From: Octopus sinensis
Lineage: Eukaryota
Length of the DNA stretch: 64,000 nt
Direction of reading: 5' to 3'
NCBI RefSeq assembly: GCF_006345805.1
Contig: NC_043007.1
Location: 11,594,001-11,658,000, forward strand
Every line of letters begins with the position of its first letter. Position 1 is the first letter of the stretch. A model generated the notes under the pieces. That model made no database searches and was not told the origin of the DNA. It was given only the letters and a program-made list of their open reading frames with translations. Shown piece after piece: positions 62,900 through 64,000 of the stretch. The translations under genes were made by a program, and so were the position numbers.

Positions 62900-63300
62900 G
62901 AGGAAGATTGAGAGAAATGAAATGAATATGACTTATTAGATGGTTAAGCAAATATGACTTATTACATAGTGTATGGTTAAACTGTGAAAAAGATAGTCCA
63001 AGTGAGCTGAGAGAGTAGCTAGTATGCAGAAGAAATGGCTAGGTGTTGGTTTGGACATGAGAAGTGAATAGAATAAGTTCCAGTTCAAAAGTGCCACGTG
63101 TTGTTGGAGGTGAAATGTTTGTGGAAGAGAAAGATCAAGAAAAAATGAGTTGTACAGTTAGATCTTAGGATGAGCTTCACAAAAAAAAATTAAAAAATAA
63201 CAAAAAAAACAACAAGATATGAACTGATATGTTTCATGGCAAACCCATCAAACCCATGGTCCATAAAAAAGGGGTATTAAAATGACAACGATGATGATGA
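62900..63300 (+). mobile_element. Highly decayed RTE LINE 3' end
   Basis: tggtttggacatg, gatcttaggatg and aacccatg..(GAT)n parallel 17480-17731. Confidence 0.55.
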
Positions 63301-63913
63301 TTTTTTTTCATTAACAATTTTTAATTTTAATTCAGACTGCTGTTATGAGAAATCTTTATATCTTGTTATTCATTTTGCTTCCAGTTTATTTTTTGTTAAT
63401 TAAAACTCCTGTGTACTTGTATAACCCAATTTGATTAGTAACCATTGTTTAGAATTCTTTAGATAGTTTTTTTTCCCTAATGTAGAAAACAGATGATTAA
63501 ATCTTATGGTAAAATATTATCAGCTCATCTTTTAAAATAAACCTCTTATTTTCACCAGATCAATACAAACCAAATTTAGTAAGTTAAAAATTAGTTTATT
63601 TTTGTGTCGTTTAGTTAAAATTCCTTGCAGGAATACAAAGAATCAATCCTTGATCTTCATATCTATCTCGATAAAAAATAATATAACCTTTCAATTTTCT
63701 CTAACTGCAACAAGCTCTAAAAATATTTTGATAAATTCTAAATTTAGATTTCTGTTGACCTTTTCTCAGAACTAACAGTTCTTTACATTCTTATTCTTGA
63801 AATTGACATGTAAGATTTCAAGAGATGTTGTTTTATGCTGCCTAACTTGACTTTTACTATACTTAGTACAGGACAGTTTCAAGTCTTTGTTGGAGATTAT
63901 ATCTAGAATAATA

Positions 63914-64000
63914 TTTATTTCTTTATTGCCCACAGGGAGGCTAAACATAGAGAGGACAAACAAGGACAGATAAAGAGATTAAGTCGATTACATTGGCCCC
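63914..64000 (-). mobile_element. SINE family B tail (cut by the window end)
   Basis: ttatttctttattgcccaca..gctaaacatagag..ggacaaacaaggacaga. Confidence 0.8.

Noticed and set aside
1-64000. Conserved bilaterian miRNAs, rRNA, snRNA
   Set aside because: I recognised no mature sequence or core motif by eye; a formal Rfam/Infernal search was not possible.

Overview
This window is AT-rich eukaryotic (animal) genomic DNA with no long coding exon. It is dominated by tRNA-derived SINEs of about five families, RTE-clade LINE remnants, TTAA/piggyBac-like, hAT-like and Tc1/mariner MITEs, non-autonomous Helitrons, and very long (TA)/(TG)/(CA) microsatellites. The repeat repertoire resembles an octopus (coleoid cephalopod) genome; this is my inference and was not verified. 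Nearly all ORFs in the supplied track are translations of microsatellites or SINEs. Two less obvious layers stand out. (1) A set of microsatellite-anchored fold-back elements, several carrying minimal type I hammerhead-ribozyme motifs of the kind known from Penelope-like elements. One of them (about 34105-34953) couples a tRNA-like Pol III head to a hammerhead tail. (2) A series of candidate + strand microexons (15-57 nt, many frame-preserving and open in phase 2) in repeat-poor islands, suggesting the window lies inside a large alternatively spliced gene that I cannot name. Coordinates were counted by eye and may be off by a few bases. Family labels A-E are my own working names.
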